Notes: generated by a model not told the origin, from the sequence alone. Numbered from the stretch's first letter, positions 42,450-52,050 are shown. The stretch is DNA of 64,000 nucleotides from a bacterium (GCA_963674595.2 CAXXFV010000016.1:288001-352000); one strand, 5' to 3'. A program made the numbers and translations.

Positions 42450-44090
42450 TAAAATTTCATTTCTTTTAAGTTCGTTGTATATAAAGTTATGCTAATCCTC
42501 TAATCATTTGATGAATAGGAGCCCCAGCCGGGACCATTGGATAGACATTTTCTTCGTTATCTATAATAAATTCGACGACAACCGGTCCTTTGGTTTGCAG
42601 CGCTTTTTTAAGGACAGGTAGGACGTCTTCCTGTTTATCGGCAAAGAGTCCGGTAGCGCCATAAGCTTCGGCGAGTTTGGAAAAATTTGGTATATATGCT
42701 TGCGGGCAATTTTCACCGGACTGATCGCACTGAGGCGGACAGTTAATATTACGTCTTAAACAGATGGAGGAGAACCTTCTGTCATAAAAGATGGCCTGCC
42801 ATTGTCTGACCATACCCAGGGAATGGTTGTTAAGGATGATGATCTTGACAGGCAGTTGATAAAGCACGGCGGTAGCGAGTTCCTGAATATTCATTTGAAT
42901 GCTTCCGTCGCCGGCGATATCGATAACGGTTTTTTCGGGGTGAGCGATTTGTGCGCCGATGGCCGCCGGGAATCCGTAACCCATGGTTCCGAGTCCGCCT
43001 GAAGAGATAAAGGTCCTTGGTTTGATAAAGTTAAAGAACTGGGCGGTCCACATCTGGTTTTGCCCGACTTCTGTGGTGATGATGGCATCGTGTTTTGTCA
43101 GTTCAGCGACTTTTTCAATAACATATTGTGGTTGAATATGGCCGTTATCGCCGTATTTCAGAGCATGATCGTTTTTCCAGTTTTGAACTTGCTGTGTCCA
43201 TTCCGTATTTTTTTTCTCAGTAACGATTTTATTGAGTTCATTAAGAACGTTTTTAACGTCCCCGACGACCGGCAGAAAGACCTTGACGTTTTTCCTGATG
43301 GTCGTTGGGTCGATGTCGATATGAACGATTTTTGCATTAGGCGCAAATTTGCTGACTTTGCCTGTAACTCTGTCGTCAAAGCGGACGCCGATAGCAATGA
43401 GGAGATCGGCTTCCTGAATGGCATAATTGGCATATTCGGTCCCGTGCATGCCGATCATTTTAAGGGCATTTGGGTGGTCTTCGGGAAATGTACCGAGTCC
43501 CATAAGAGATGTTGTTACAGGTGCGTCAATTTTTGCAGCCAGGGTTTTGAGCTGTTCGGAAGCTTCGCTTGAAATAACGCCGCCGCCTGCAAAGATAACG
43601 GGTTTATGTGCAGCATCAATGGCTTTGGCCACTTTTTTGATTTGTTGAATATGACCCTGCATGGTTGGTTTGTAGCTGGGAATATCAACGGAATCGGGAT
43701 AGGGGATTAATGTTTTGGCCTGCTGAATATCCTTGGGTATATCGATGAGCACCGGTCCTGGTCTGCCGCTTTTTGCAATCATAAAAGCGGATTTGAGGAT
43801 GTGAGGCAGCTCATCAACGTTTTTAACGAGATAGTTGTGTTTTGTAATAGACCGGCTGATACCGACCATGTCGGCTTCCTGAAAGGCATCATTACCGATA
43901 AGGTGAGTAGAAACCTGGCCGGTAATAGCGACAATAGGGATGGAATCCATGTGAGCAGTTGCAAGACCTGTAACAATGTTTGTTGCGCCAGGTCCGGATG
44001 TAGCAATACAAACACCGACTTCACCTGAAGCCCGTGCGAACCCGTCTGCTGCATGGATGGCTCCCTGTTCATGACGTGTCAGGTAAAAAG
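40740..44090. repeat. About 1.6-kb near-identical direct repeat (ilvB bodies), period 1759 bp
   Basis: About 40740-42330 matches about 42499-44090 with only a dozen or so synonymous differences seen by eye. Confidence 0.95.
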
Positions 44091-44208
44091 GGATTTCAGA
44101 TTCATAAAGTACATTAAAGATATCAATAACTGAACCACCTGGATATCCAAAAATAGCTTTAACATTTTCACGCTGAAACGCGTGAAAGATCATTTGTGCA
44201 CCGGTCAT
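42487..44208 (-). CDS. ilvB: Acetolactate synthase large subunit, upstream copy
   Basis: Same motifs; protein identical to the downstream copy except in the first about 39 residues and the penultimate residue. Confidence 0.96.
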   Translation of the reverse strand: MTGAQMIFHAFQRENVKAIFGYPGGSVIDIFNVLYESEIPFYLTRHEQGAIHAADGFARASGEVGVCIATSGPGATNIVTGLATAHMDSIPIVAITGQVSTHLIGNDAFQEADMVGISRSITKHNYLVKNVDELPHILKSAFMIAKSGRPGPVLIDIPKDIQQAKTLIPYPDSVDIPSYKPTMQGHIQQIKKVAKAIDAAHKPVIFAGGGVISSEASEQLKTLAAKIDAPVTTSLMGLGTFPEDHPNALKMIGMHGTEYANYAIQEADLLIAIGVRFDDRVTGKVSKFAPNAKIVHIDIDPTTIRKNVKVFLPVVGDVKNVLNELNKIVTEKKNTEWTQQVQNWKNDHALKYGDNGHIQPQYVIEKVAELTKHDAIITTEVGQNQMWTAQFFNFIKPRTFISSGGLGTMGYGFPAAIGAQIAHPEKTVIDIAGDGSIQMNIQELATAVLYQLPVKIIILNNHSLGMVRQWQAIFYDRRFSSICLRRNINCPPQCDQSGENCPQAYIPNFSKLAEAYGATGLFADKQEDVLPVLKKALQTKGPVVVEFIIDNEENVYPMVPAGAPIHQMIRGLA

Positions 44209-44292
44209 TTTATTCCTTTCAGATTCAAATTGAAATCCTGAGGTTTGTTAAAATTACGTTATTACAAATTAATCAATAACTTGTATCTTTAC

Positions 44293-44427
44293 AAAAAAAC
44301 AACCTGCCACTGCTGGTGCAATCGTACAAAAGAAACTTTTACTTGATTTAAATGATTGAAAATTTTGTTCTTGTAGTACCTCTTGCACCTGTTGTGAATT
44401 AGCTAATTCGACGTAGCGGCAAGAGGT
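44293..44427 (-). promoter_or_regulatory. ilv-leu attenuator-like alternative pairings and terminator
   Basis: Protector stem 44419-44427 with 44378-44386 (9 bp perfect); competing stem 44383-44389 with 44315-44321 (7 bp); irregular hairpin about 44300-44323 followed by U7 (A7 at 44293-44299). Confidence 0.65.
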
Positions 44428-44596
44428 TTAGAATCAAGAGAGGTAATATCTCTAGGCGTAATATAAAACCTAGAAGAATATATAAGAGGCCTAAAAAGAC
44501 AAAATAAACATATTTAACCACTAACTCATTCACTAATAAAACAGCGTCAATGAGCTTGGTTATCAAACTGATAAATATGTTAAACAGTATGTTCAT
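44399..44596 (-). CDS. Putative branched-chain amino acid leader peptide, 65 aa
   Basis: 36 of 65 residues are L (20), I (10) or V (6); four CTA codons in the last 24 codons; directly upstream of ilvB and overlapping the attenuator stems. Confidence 0.75.
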   Translation of the reverse strand: MNILFNIFISLITKLIDAVLLVNELVVKYVYFVFLGLLYILLGFILRLEILPLLILNLLPLRRIS

Positions 44597-44631
44597 TATG
44601 TCTCAAATTTAGTGTAATTTGTAAAGTATAT

Positions 44632-44659
44632 AATTTAAATAAAAATATAAGAATGTCAA
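44632..44659 (-). promoter_or_regulatory. Candidate sigma70 promoter for the ilv-leu leader
   Basis: Minus-strand TTGACA (44654-44659), 16-nt spacer, TAAATT. Confidence 0.45.
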
Positions 44660-44675
44660 TAGAAAAATTCAATTT

Positions 44676-45200
44676 TCATAAAAATTTTCTTTTTTGCAAA
44701 AGCTGATAAAAGATAACAGCCAGAATTCCACCTGAAATCGCGGTTAAAAGTTGAGGGAATGTAAGGACGGCAATTATTTTATCTGATATAGTTTTACTAA
44801 ATAAAAGCGGAAATATCTTTGTCACAGAAAAGTATAACCATAAAAATTTTAAAAATGACCCGGCGATGATACTCAACCATAACCAGAATGAATGAAATAA
44901 TAGTGTTTCGCGAAAATATCGTTTTCTGTAAAACGAAAAGATTGTTACATAGGTTATATTACCAATTATGATCGCAGGGACCAACGGATATAAAACAGCC
45001 GGTAATTGCCCACGGATAAGAGCAATCATGGGTGTCAATACACCGAGAAAAATTCCTGCTAAGGGGTTTAAAACCAGGGTTGTAAAAATGAGCATTAAAT
45101 TAACAAGCGTTCCGGTGATGGGAGAAGGAAAACCAAGCATCTCCAGGATCACTGTAATTGTTAAAAGAATAACCAGTCTGCTTTTATATTTCATGTGCAT
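44676..45200 (-). CDS. ECF transporter S component-like membrane protein
   Basis: ITGTLVN..L, P.IIIGN, KFLWL, PQLLTA..GG pattern; about 5-6 TM helices. Confidence 0.7.
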   Translation of the reverse strand: MHMKYKSRLVILLTITVILEMLGFPSPITGTLVNLMLIFTTLVLNPLAGIFLGVLTPMIALIRGQLPAVLYPLVPAIIIGNITYVTIFSFYRKRYFRETLLFHSFWLWLSIIAGSFLKFLWLYFSVTKIFPLLFSKTISDKIIAVLTFPQLLTAISGGILAVIFYQLLQKRKFL

Positions 45201-45336
45201 TTATACATGTTATAATAAATTAATTTATCTGTAATTAAGGTTGATATTATAATAATTCCATCTTTTAAAGTCAACATCGTTTTTATTTGCTTTACCTGAG
45301 AAATTATTTATATTATTAAATATCAAATATATAACA

Positions 45337-47495
45337 GTGAGTTATAAAATGCCGCTTTTTCTTTTAATAAATATTTTAGGATTTGGGTTCGGCACGGCCC
45401 TTACCCTTATTCTGTTAAGCCTTTCTTTAAAAAAATATCCCAAACATTTTTCTGATTTTTCCTTTGGAATTGTTCTGTTTGCCTGTTTGTTATGGCATGG
45501 CGGTAATTTTATATCTCTGTTAATGACATTATTATTTGGGACGTTTACCACCCTTGTGGCGAATCTTGCCATGCTTTTTGCCTATTTGGGAATGGCAGCA
45601 CTTCCTTCTGTATTGATTCATGAACATTTGGCAACCTTTTACAGTATAAAACATCCTAAACTTGTTGCTTTGGAGAGAAAACACTATTTATTGTTTGCTC
45701 TTCCATACCTGCCTTTTTTGTTAATTATTATTTCGGGATTATCGCATTTTACTGCTGATTTTTCAATTTCTCAAAATTTTATAAACAGAATAAGAATTCC
45801 TTTTGATCTGTGGCTGTTAATTGCCTTGCTGTTTAGTGTTTTTCTGTCAAACAAACTTTACCATCTTTTATCAGAAAAAGCCGATCAGCATTTTTATCGT
45901 GACATAGCCTATATATTGGGCGCTGTTGCAGCCGGTCTTGTCTTTATTTATATTATACCCATATATCGCCTTGCTTATATCGGGCCTTATTTTAACCTCC
46001 TTATGAATCTGGCTCCATCTTATCCAATGGCACTGTTGGCTTATTATGTGTATCGTTACAATTTTTACAGACTGGTCATAAAACCAAGTTTGATTTATTC
46101 TTTAATATACGGCATTGTTATGGGGGTTTATTTGCTGGGGATTCGCCGCCTTGGTGAATATTTGAAACAGTTCCCGGAAATAAATTCGGAATTTATTGAA
46201 GGTTTGTTGTTAATTGCCCTTGTCTTTGCTTTTCAACCTTTTCGAAATCAATTACAAATTCGTTTGGATAAGGTATTTTTAAGGACCGTTATTATTATCA
46301 ACAATTTTTGCGTGAATTGTCTGATACAATCAGCAGTATTGTTGATTTGGAAACGTTGTTATTCACAATTAAAGATGCCATGATGACCACATTAAAAGCG
46401 CGTTATTGCACGTTGATTGTTTTTCTGGATACTGAACATGGTACGGAAATTTACAAATCCGTTGGTAATAAAGATGTTTATGCATTATCCGACATTGTCA
46501 ACGCACTTGTTGCTACTCAACATTTTCGTCTAAGGCGTCAAATGCGTGACCGCCGGGTCGTCTCTGCTCTTCGAAAAAATGCTTTGAAATAGCCATCCCG
46601 GTTTATTCTAATGAAAAATTTACCGGATTGATATGTCTTTCAGAAAACAGACCGTAATGCTTACTCTGATGAAGAGTTTGACATGCTGCAAACATTTGCA
46701 AATCAGGTTGGTTTGGCTTTTACCAATACTCTTTTAATTCAGGAACGGATTGATCTTGAAGGCCGGATATACGAATCTGAAAAATTGAATACGTTAGGGC
46801 GGCTTGCTACGACAATGGCGCATGAAATTAAAAACCCTCTTTCATCCATTAAGACCATTATTCAGGTTTTGCATGAAAATGCTGAAACAAACGACAAGCA
46901 TGATTTTATGCTGGTTATCAATGAAATTAACCGATTGAATGGTGTTTTGGAAAAACTATTAAGCTTTGCCCGTTCGGCACCTGCTAATATTGAACATTTC
47001 GATGTGTCTCAGGTTATACAAGAAACTTATGAATTATTAAAACACCAGGCCGTTAAATCGAAAATAGATTTAAAATTTGAGAACCAATCTGATATTTGGG
47101 TAATGAATAAACGGCAACCGTTCCGGGAAGTTATTTTTAACCTTGTTTTTAATGCTATTCAGGCGATTACCGGATCAGGGAGTATTACCATTTCCATTGT
47201 TCTAAAAAAGAATCAGGCTATGGAAACACAAAAAAAGAATTGGCCTTTGCGTCGAAACAATTACATTTTAATTTCAGTTAGTGATACGGGTCAGGGCATT
47301 CCTCCGGAAATCAGGGACAAAATATTTGATCCATTTTTTACAACAAAAACCGTGGGTACCGGACTTGGCCTTGCCATTGTTAAAAGAAATGTGTCTGTTC
47401 TGCATGGAGAAATATATGTGATTCACCATGAAATCGGCACGGAATTTTTAATTTATTTACCTAAAGAGATAAAAGATAACTATGACAAAATGTAA
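45337..47495 (+). pseudogene. Membrane sensor histidine kinase (TM region + GAF + HisKA + HATPase) broken by three frameshifts (real decay or sequencing error)
   Basis: Three ORF pieces join by small indels near 46276-46280, 46583-46585 and 46644-46655; MAHEIKNPL, NL..NA, DTG.GI, FDPFFTTK, GTGLGL. Confidence 0.85.
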
Positions 47496-48879
47496 TGTTC
47501 TTATCGTGGATGATGAACCGGCTGCCAGATATGGTATGCAAAAAGCCCTGAAACAAGGACCTTATACTCTTTTTGAGGCTGAGAATGGGGAGCTAGCATT
47601 ACAAAATATTTTAGAGATCAATCCTGAAATTGTGATTTGTGATATCAATATGCCCCTTGTGAATGGGATGGAGTTATTGAAAAATATTCAGATCAACGAG
47701 ACAATTCAGCAGAAACCTCTTGTTATTGTTGTTACTGCCTATGGAACGGAACGGATCGCCGTGGAAGCGATGAAAAACGGGGCCTATGATTATTTGACAA
47801 AACCCTATGATATAGAAGAACTGCGCCTGATTTTGAAAAAAGCCTGGGAAAAAATCAAGCTTGAGAATGAAAATAAAATATTAAAACAGCGTCTAACCTC
47901 CAGTCTTTCTACTGAAATTATTGGAGAAAGCGATCAAATAAAATCTGTACTGAGTCTGGTTGATAAGGTCGCCTCAACAGATGCCACTGTTTTACTCACC
48001 GGACAAAGTGGAACCGGTAAAGAACTTGTTGCCCGCACCATTCATCAGCAAAGCCATCGCAGGAACAAGCCGTTTATCACAATGAATTGTGCCGCTATTC
48101 CTAATGATCTGGTGGAGAGTGAGCTTTTTGGTCATGAGAAAGGGGCTTTTACCGGTGCGACTGTTCAGCGGCAAGGCAAGTTTGAAACTGCAAACGGCGG
48201 TACTTTATTTTTGGATGAAATTGCAGACATGAGTCTCGAAACCCAGGCAAAAATTTTACGTGTTTTGGAAGATAAAACTATTACCCGTCTTGGTGGTAAG
48301 GATGTTATTAAAACGGATGTACGGCTTGTAAGTGCAACGAATAAAAATTTAGTTAAAGAAATTGAAAGTAATAATTTTCGAGAGGATTTATATTATCGTA
48401 TTAAAGTTGTGGAAATTAAACTGCCGTCTTTGCAGGAAAGAAAAAGCGATATACCTTTATTGGTTGATCACTTTATAAAAATGTTTGCCGATAAACACCA
48501 AAAATCTGTCAGAGGTTTTAAAAGCGCTGCCATACAAAGTTTAATTCGCTATAATTGGCCGGGAAATGTAAGACAATTATTACATGTTGTTGAACAATGT
48601 ATTGTGTTATCCGATAGCGACTATATTAAAATTGAACACATTCCAAATGAAATAACTGATAGTCTTGAAACTGTATCAGCGCCACTTTTAGATTCTTCTT
48701 TTTCTTTTACCAAAGCGAAAAAGGAGGCTATTCAAAAATTTGAGAGTAATATAATTGAAAATGCCCTGCAACGGACCAATGGAAATATTACACAAGCCGC
48801 TACATTATTGAAAATCAAGAGACAATTTTTACAACAAAAAATAAATCAATTGGGGATTTTGGCGGATAATTATCGCTAG
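47482..48879 (+). CDS. Sigma54-dependent (NtrC-family) response regulator
   Basis: Receiver domain (VDD, CD..MP, T, KP), GQSGTGKE, ESELFGHEKGAFTGA, FLDEI, WPGNVR, Fis HTH. Confidence 0.95.
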   Translation: MTKCNVLIVDDEPAARYGMQKALKQGPYTLFEAENGELALQNILEINPEIVICDINMPLVNGMELLKNIQINETIQQKPLVIVVTAYGTERIAVEAMKNGAYDYLTKPYDIEELRLILKKAWEKIKLENENKILKQRLTSSLSTEIIGESDQIKSVLSLVDKVASTDATVLLTGQSGTGKELVARTIHQQSHRRNKPFITMNCAAIPNDLVESELFGHEKGAFTGATVQRQGKFETANGGTLFLDEIADMSLETQAKILRVLEDKTITRLGGKDVIKTDVRLVSATNKNLVKEIESNNFREDLYYRIKVVEIKLPSLQERKSDIPLLVDHFIKMFADKHQKSVRGFKSAAIQSLIRYNWPGNVRQLLHVVEQCIVLSDSDYIKIEHIPNEITDSLETVSAPLLDSSFSFTKAKKEAIQKFESNIIENALQRTNGNITQAATLLKIKRQFLQQKINQLGILADNYR

Positions 48880-48884
48880 TAAAT

Positions 48885-48921
48885 AAAAAACCCCTGCTCA
48901 AAAGGGCAGGGGTAAATTTTT
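48885..48921. terminator. Intrinsic terminator between convergent operons
   Basis: AAAAAA-CCCCTGCTC-AAAA-GGGCAGGGG hairpin. Confidence 0.8.
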
Positions 48922-50297
48922 TAATTAACCCGGTTAAAAACAAAAGGTACATTAACCGTTACAGAACCTTCCTGTATCGGCGGGAATTTTAACCGTCTAA
49001 GTATATTTAAAACTTCTCGAATAAAGTCCTGGTTGCTGATAGAACTTTCAACAACATCAACTTTGGAGACTCTTCCATTTGCCTCAATTGTCACATCAAG
49101 ACTAATTTTACCTCCGAGATTTGGATCTTTGCGTAAATATTTGTTATATTGATACATAATCCGGCCTTGCTGAGAATTAATCACAGCCATGACTGCATCG
49201 GCTGTTCGTTGCCCCATTGCAGCCTGTGACCCACGTACCCGGCCGGGTGTTTGAATATTTACTTTGCCCTTTTTGCTGAGATTTACTTTTTCAACGCCTT
49301 CATCTCCAATAAGGTCGTCAATGCCGCCTGAAAGTCCAAAATCCAATAAATCATCTATACCATCGCCTGAACCGGACCCGACACCCGAACCTGTACCATT
49401 TCCACGGCCAACACCGTTTTTGTTTTTATGCAGCGATTTTTTGCCCAACAGGTTGTCAAGTTCCTGAACTAATCCCTTGTCGATGAGAAAATCCACAGCA
49501 GAGCTGGAAACGGAAGATTCTCCTCGACCACCGATCAGGCCTAACAAACCCTGGCTTGCGACCGGTTTTTTCGATTGATCAGAACTTCCTCCGGATGTTT
49601 TTTTCTTTTTCGAGCCTTCTTTTTCTTCTGTCTTGTTTTCGTCTTGTTCAGTTCCTTCTGCTGTACCGTTCGTAGAAGTAATTTGTACTTCTTGTTTAGG
49701 CTCTTGTTTTTTAATAACAAATTTTGCAAAACGTTCCGGTACTTTAGCAATATCAGGTGGTTTTTCCGGTGCGAGTTCTATTTTGCCTATCCAAACTCCA
49801 AAACCAACTTCAAAAAGTATGAATAAAGTAAGAAGGACTTTGAATAACAAATCTCTTTTTAAGGATTGATTGGTTGCGGAAGTCCAGGAATAGTTGGCTT
49901 TCGGCTTTTCAGCAGCACCGTCCATTGACGTTGAAAATTTAAAATCCAGTAATGTATCCTGCAGTTTAATACGCCCGGCTTGACCGTCTTTTAATTTCAA
50001 GCACGCATGTTTCCCGTTTTGCGGTAAAATGTCCTGAATGAGTAAATCCTGAAAAGACAGAACAGACTCTTTATAATACAGGTTACCATTTAACTCGGGT
50101 AAAACATTCAGGTGAAATCGCCCTTTTTTATACTCTAATAAAGTGTGTGATTTGGGGACTTTGGCATCATAAACAACAATATCATTATCGGGATTTTTAC
50201 CGATTGTTAGTTTATCCTTTGAATGAAGGACTCTTTTTGTTTCAGAGCTTCCTTTTTTTATTTTTATTAAAACCAGACTGTTTTTTGATTTAATCAT
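48921..50297 (-). CDS. GltG/AgmX-PglI-like energy transducer: FHA-like + TM + Gly-rich linker + TonB-like C-terminal domain
   Basis: LTIGKNPDNDIVV..VPKSH (FHA-like); one TM; PERFAKFVI; YNKYLRKDPNLGGKI..I..NGRV..FP..V.V..PFVF C-terminus. Confidence 0.8.
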   Translation of the reverse strand: MIKSKNSLVLIKIKKGSSETKRVLHSKDKLTIGKNPDNDIVVYDAKVPKSHTLLEYKKGRFHLNVLPELNGNLYYKESVLSFQDLLIQDILPQNGKHACLKLKDGQAGRIKLQDTLLDFKFSTSMDGAAEKPKANYSWTSATNQSLKRDLLFKVLLTLFILFEVGFGVWIGKIELAPEKPPDIAKVPERFAKFVIKKQEPKQEVQITSTNGTAEGTEQDENKTEEKEGSKKKKTSGGSSDQSKKPVASQGLLGLIGGRGESSVSSSAVDFLIDKGLVQELDNLLGKKSLHKNKNGVGRGNGTGSGVGSGSGDGIDDLLDFGLSGGIDDLIGDEGVEKVNLSKKGKVNIQTPGRVRGSQAAMGQRTADAVMAVINSQQGRIMYQYNKYLRKDPNLGGKISLDVTIEANGRVSKVDVVESSISNQDFIREVLNILRRLKFPPIQEGSVTVNVPFVFNRVN

Positions 50298-50337
50298 TTA
50301 TATTTCAAATATTTTTCAAGTTCAATTCAATTACTGT

Positions 50338-50856
50338 TTATCCTTTTTGAAGGACTGTCAACAGCATATTATTATATCCTACTTCTCCACAAGTCAACAT
50401 AATACGTTTTAACAAATTAAATGTTATTTCACGATCTGCCTGAATGGAAATATTACCCTGAAATCCTTTCATCTGGTTAGAAATTTCACCTATTCCTTCA
50501 GACATTGCTCTTAATTTTAATAATTCATCATGCAAATTATCAATAAGCAATTCTTCCTGAAAAAGTACGGTTTCGATTTTATCGATAGGGCGGCCATCAA
50601 CCAATATCCATTCGTTTGTAATTGAAATAACGGACGTTACCTTGGGGGCCTTTTCTGAAGTTGATTCCGGGAGAACAAGGTCTTTTGAAAGTGTTACAAT
50701 TTGGCCTTCAGCACTGTAACTTTTTAAAAGGAAAACCAAAAGAATTGTAAACATGTCAATCATAGAGGTTAATTTTAATGCAAAAACACCTCTTTTGGTC
50801 CTTTTGTTACCGGTGGCCAATCTTAAAACCGTTTGTTGTTCTTCGATTTTTACCAT
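50338..50856 (-). CDS. ExbD/TolR-family protein (AglS-like)
   Basis: LKLTSMIDMFTILLVFLLKS TM with conserved Asp; LPES; IQADRE.....KRIM.TC...GY. Confidence 0.85.
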   Translation of the reverse strand: MVKIEEQQTVLRLATGNKRTKRGVFALKLTSMIDMFTILLVFLLKSYSAEGQIVTLSKDLVLPESTSEKAPKVTSVISITNEWILVDGRPIDKIETVLFQEELLIDNLHDELLKLRAMSEGIGEISNQMKGFQGNISIQADREITFNLLKRIMLTCGEVGYNNMLLTVLQKG

Positions 50857-50863
50857 AATTTAT

Positions 50864-51331
50864 TTAGCCTGAAATTGATATATTTGGAAAACCGGATTCC
50901 CGGCATTTATCCATTACATTAATTATTGTGTTATATTTTATTTCATCATCAGGTGAAATAATAATATCTTCCGAATCCGGGTATTTTGTTTTAACTTTTG
51001 CCAACTGTTCATTTAATATTGCCCAGTTGTATTCATTATTTTCTTTAGTAATTTTAGAAAATTTTAGGTCAGGGCTTTTTAATTCAAAATCATCTTTTCT
51101 GAGATACAGAAAATTTATAACAATAGCTTCGGCAGGTTTTTCTGTAACAACTGCTGATTTTTTATCAAGGTTCGGAAGCGCCAGTTCTAATACGGAAATT
51201 TTAACAAAAACAGCGGTTAAAAGCATGAATGGAATGAGAATAAGAAAAACATTCATTACGGCTGTAAGATTGAGTTCGGTTTCCTCAGCATGCCCTTTTC
51301 GTTGTCTGTTTAGTGATTCTTTAAGGTTCAT
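50864..51331 (-). CDS. ExbD/TolR-family protein (AglQ-like), TM Asp replaced by Asn
   Basis: ELNLTAVMNVFLILIPFMLLTA; I.Y..II.VMD..R..GFP. Confidence 0.85.
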   Translation of the reverse strand: MNLKESLNRQRKGHAEETELNLTAVMNVFLILIPFMLLTAVFVKISVLELALPNLDKKSAVVTEKPAEAIVINFLYLRKDDFELKSPDLKFSKITKENNEYNWAILNEQLAKVKTKYPDSEDIIISPDDEIKYNTIINVMDKCRESGFPNISISG

Positions 51332-51955
51332 TTATGACCTCGAATTTGACATATACCGAAAAAGTCTGGCTACATTTTCATTAATTTCATCAATCTGTTC
51401 GTTTGTCTTTTCAACAAGATATGTGAAACCAATAAGACATGGAATGGCAGTGATGAGGCCAAAAGCTGTTGTGTTCATGGCTAATGAAATACCTGCGGTT
51501 AAAAGTGTTGCTTTATCGGCTGCATCGGCATGGGCAACAGCCGCAAATGAATTAATTAAACCTAAAATTGTACCCAATAAACCCAGCAGGGTGGCTACGT
51601 TGGCAATCATCGAAAGATAGTGAGTTCTTTTTTCCAGTTTAGGAATTTCAACCATTGCCGAAAGTTCCATTGCATTTTGAACGGATGATGGGGAATGGTT
51701 CATCTCTTCGAGACCAGCTTTGGTGATTTTGGGTAAAGCAGCATCTGATAAATTACAATATTCAATTGCTTTGTTTGTTTGGCCTGCTTTAACCAGCTCA
51801 ATAATACGGTTTACAAATGAATCCGTATCGATACGATTTTTAAAACGAATGTAAATAATACGTTCAATGATTATGACAAGACCAAGAATAAGAGCAAATA
51901 AAATAACATACATAACTGGTCCACCACTGGTGAAGAACCTGATAATACTATCCAA
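51332..51955 (-). CDS. MotA/TolQ/ExbB proton channel protein (AglR-like)
   Basis: GG..M, IIER, ATLLGLLGTI.GLI.SF, GIS.AMNTTAFGL..AIP. Confidence 0.92.
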   Translation of the reverse strand: MDSIIRFFTSGGPVMYVILFALILGLVIIIERIIYIRFKNRIDTDSFVNRIIELVKAGQTNKAIEYCNLSDAALPKITKAGLEEMNHSPSSVQNAMELSAMVEIPKLEKRTHYLSMIANVATLLGLLGTILGLINSFAAVAHADAADKATLLTAGISLAMNTTAFGLITAIPCLIGFTYLVEKTNEQIDEINENVARLFRYMSNSRS

Positions 51956-52050
51956 GTTTTACCTCCTTAAAAAAATGTTTAATAATGTATAAAAAATAAA
52001 TGGGCAAGGTATTTTATTATAACCTGCCTGCTAAAAGCAAATAATATTAT

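Noticed and set aside
41301-43572. Duplicated 170-aa plus-strand ORFs (41301-41813 and 43060-43572)
   Set aside because: Antisense shadows repeated only because ilvB is duplicated
49360-49415. Gly/Ser-rich repeat-like stretch (GVGRGNGTGSGVGSGSG)
   Set aside because: Low-complexity protein linker of the TonB-like protein, not a DNA repeat array
50928-51620. 230-aa plus-strand ORF
   Set aside because: Antisense shadow of the well-supported exbD-like and motA/tolQ-like genes
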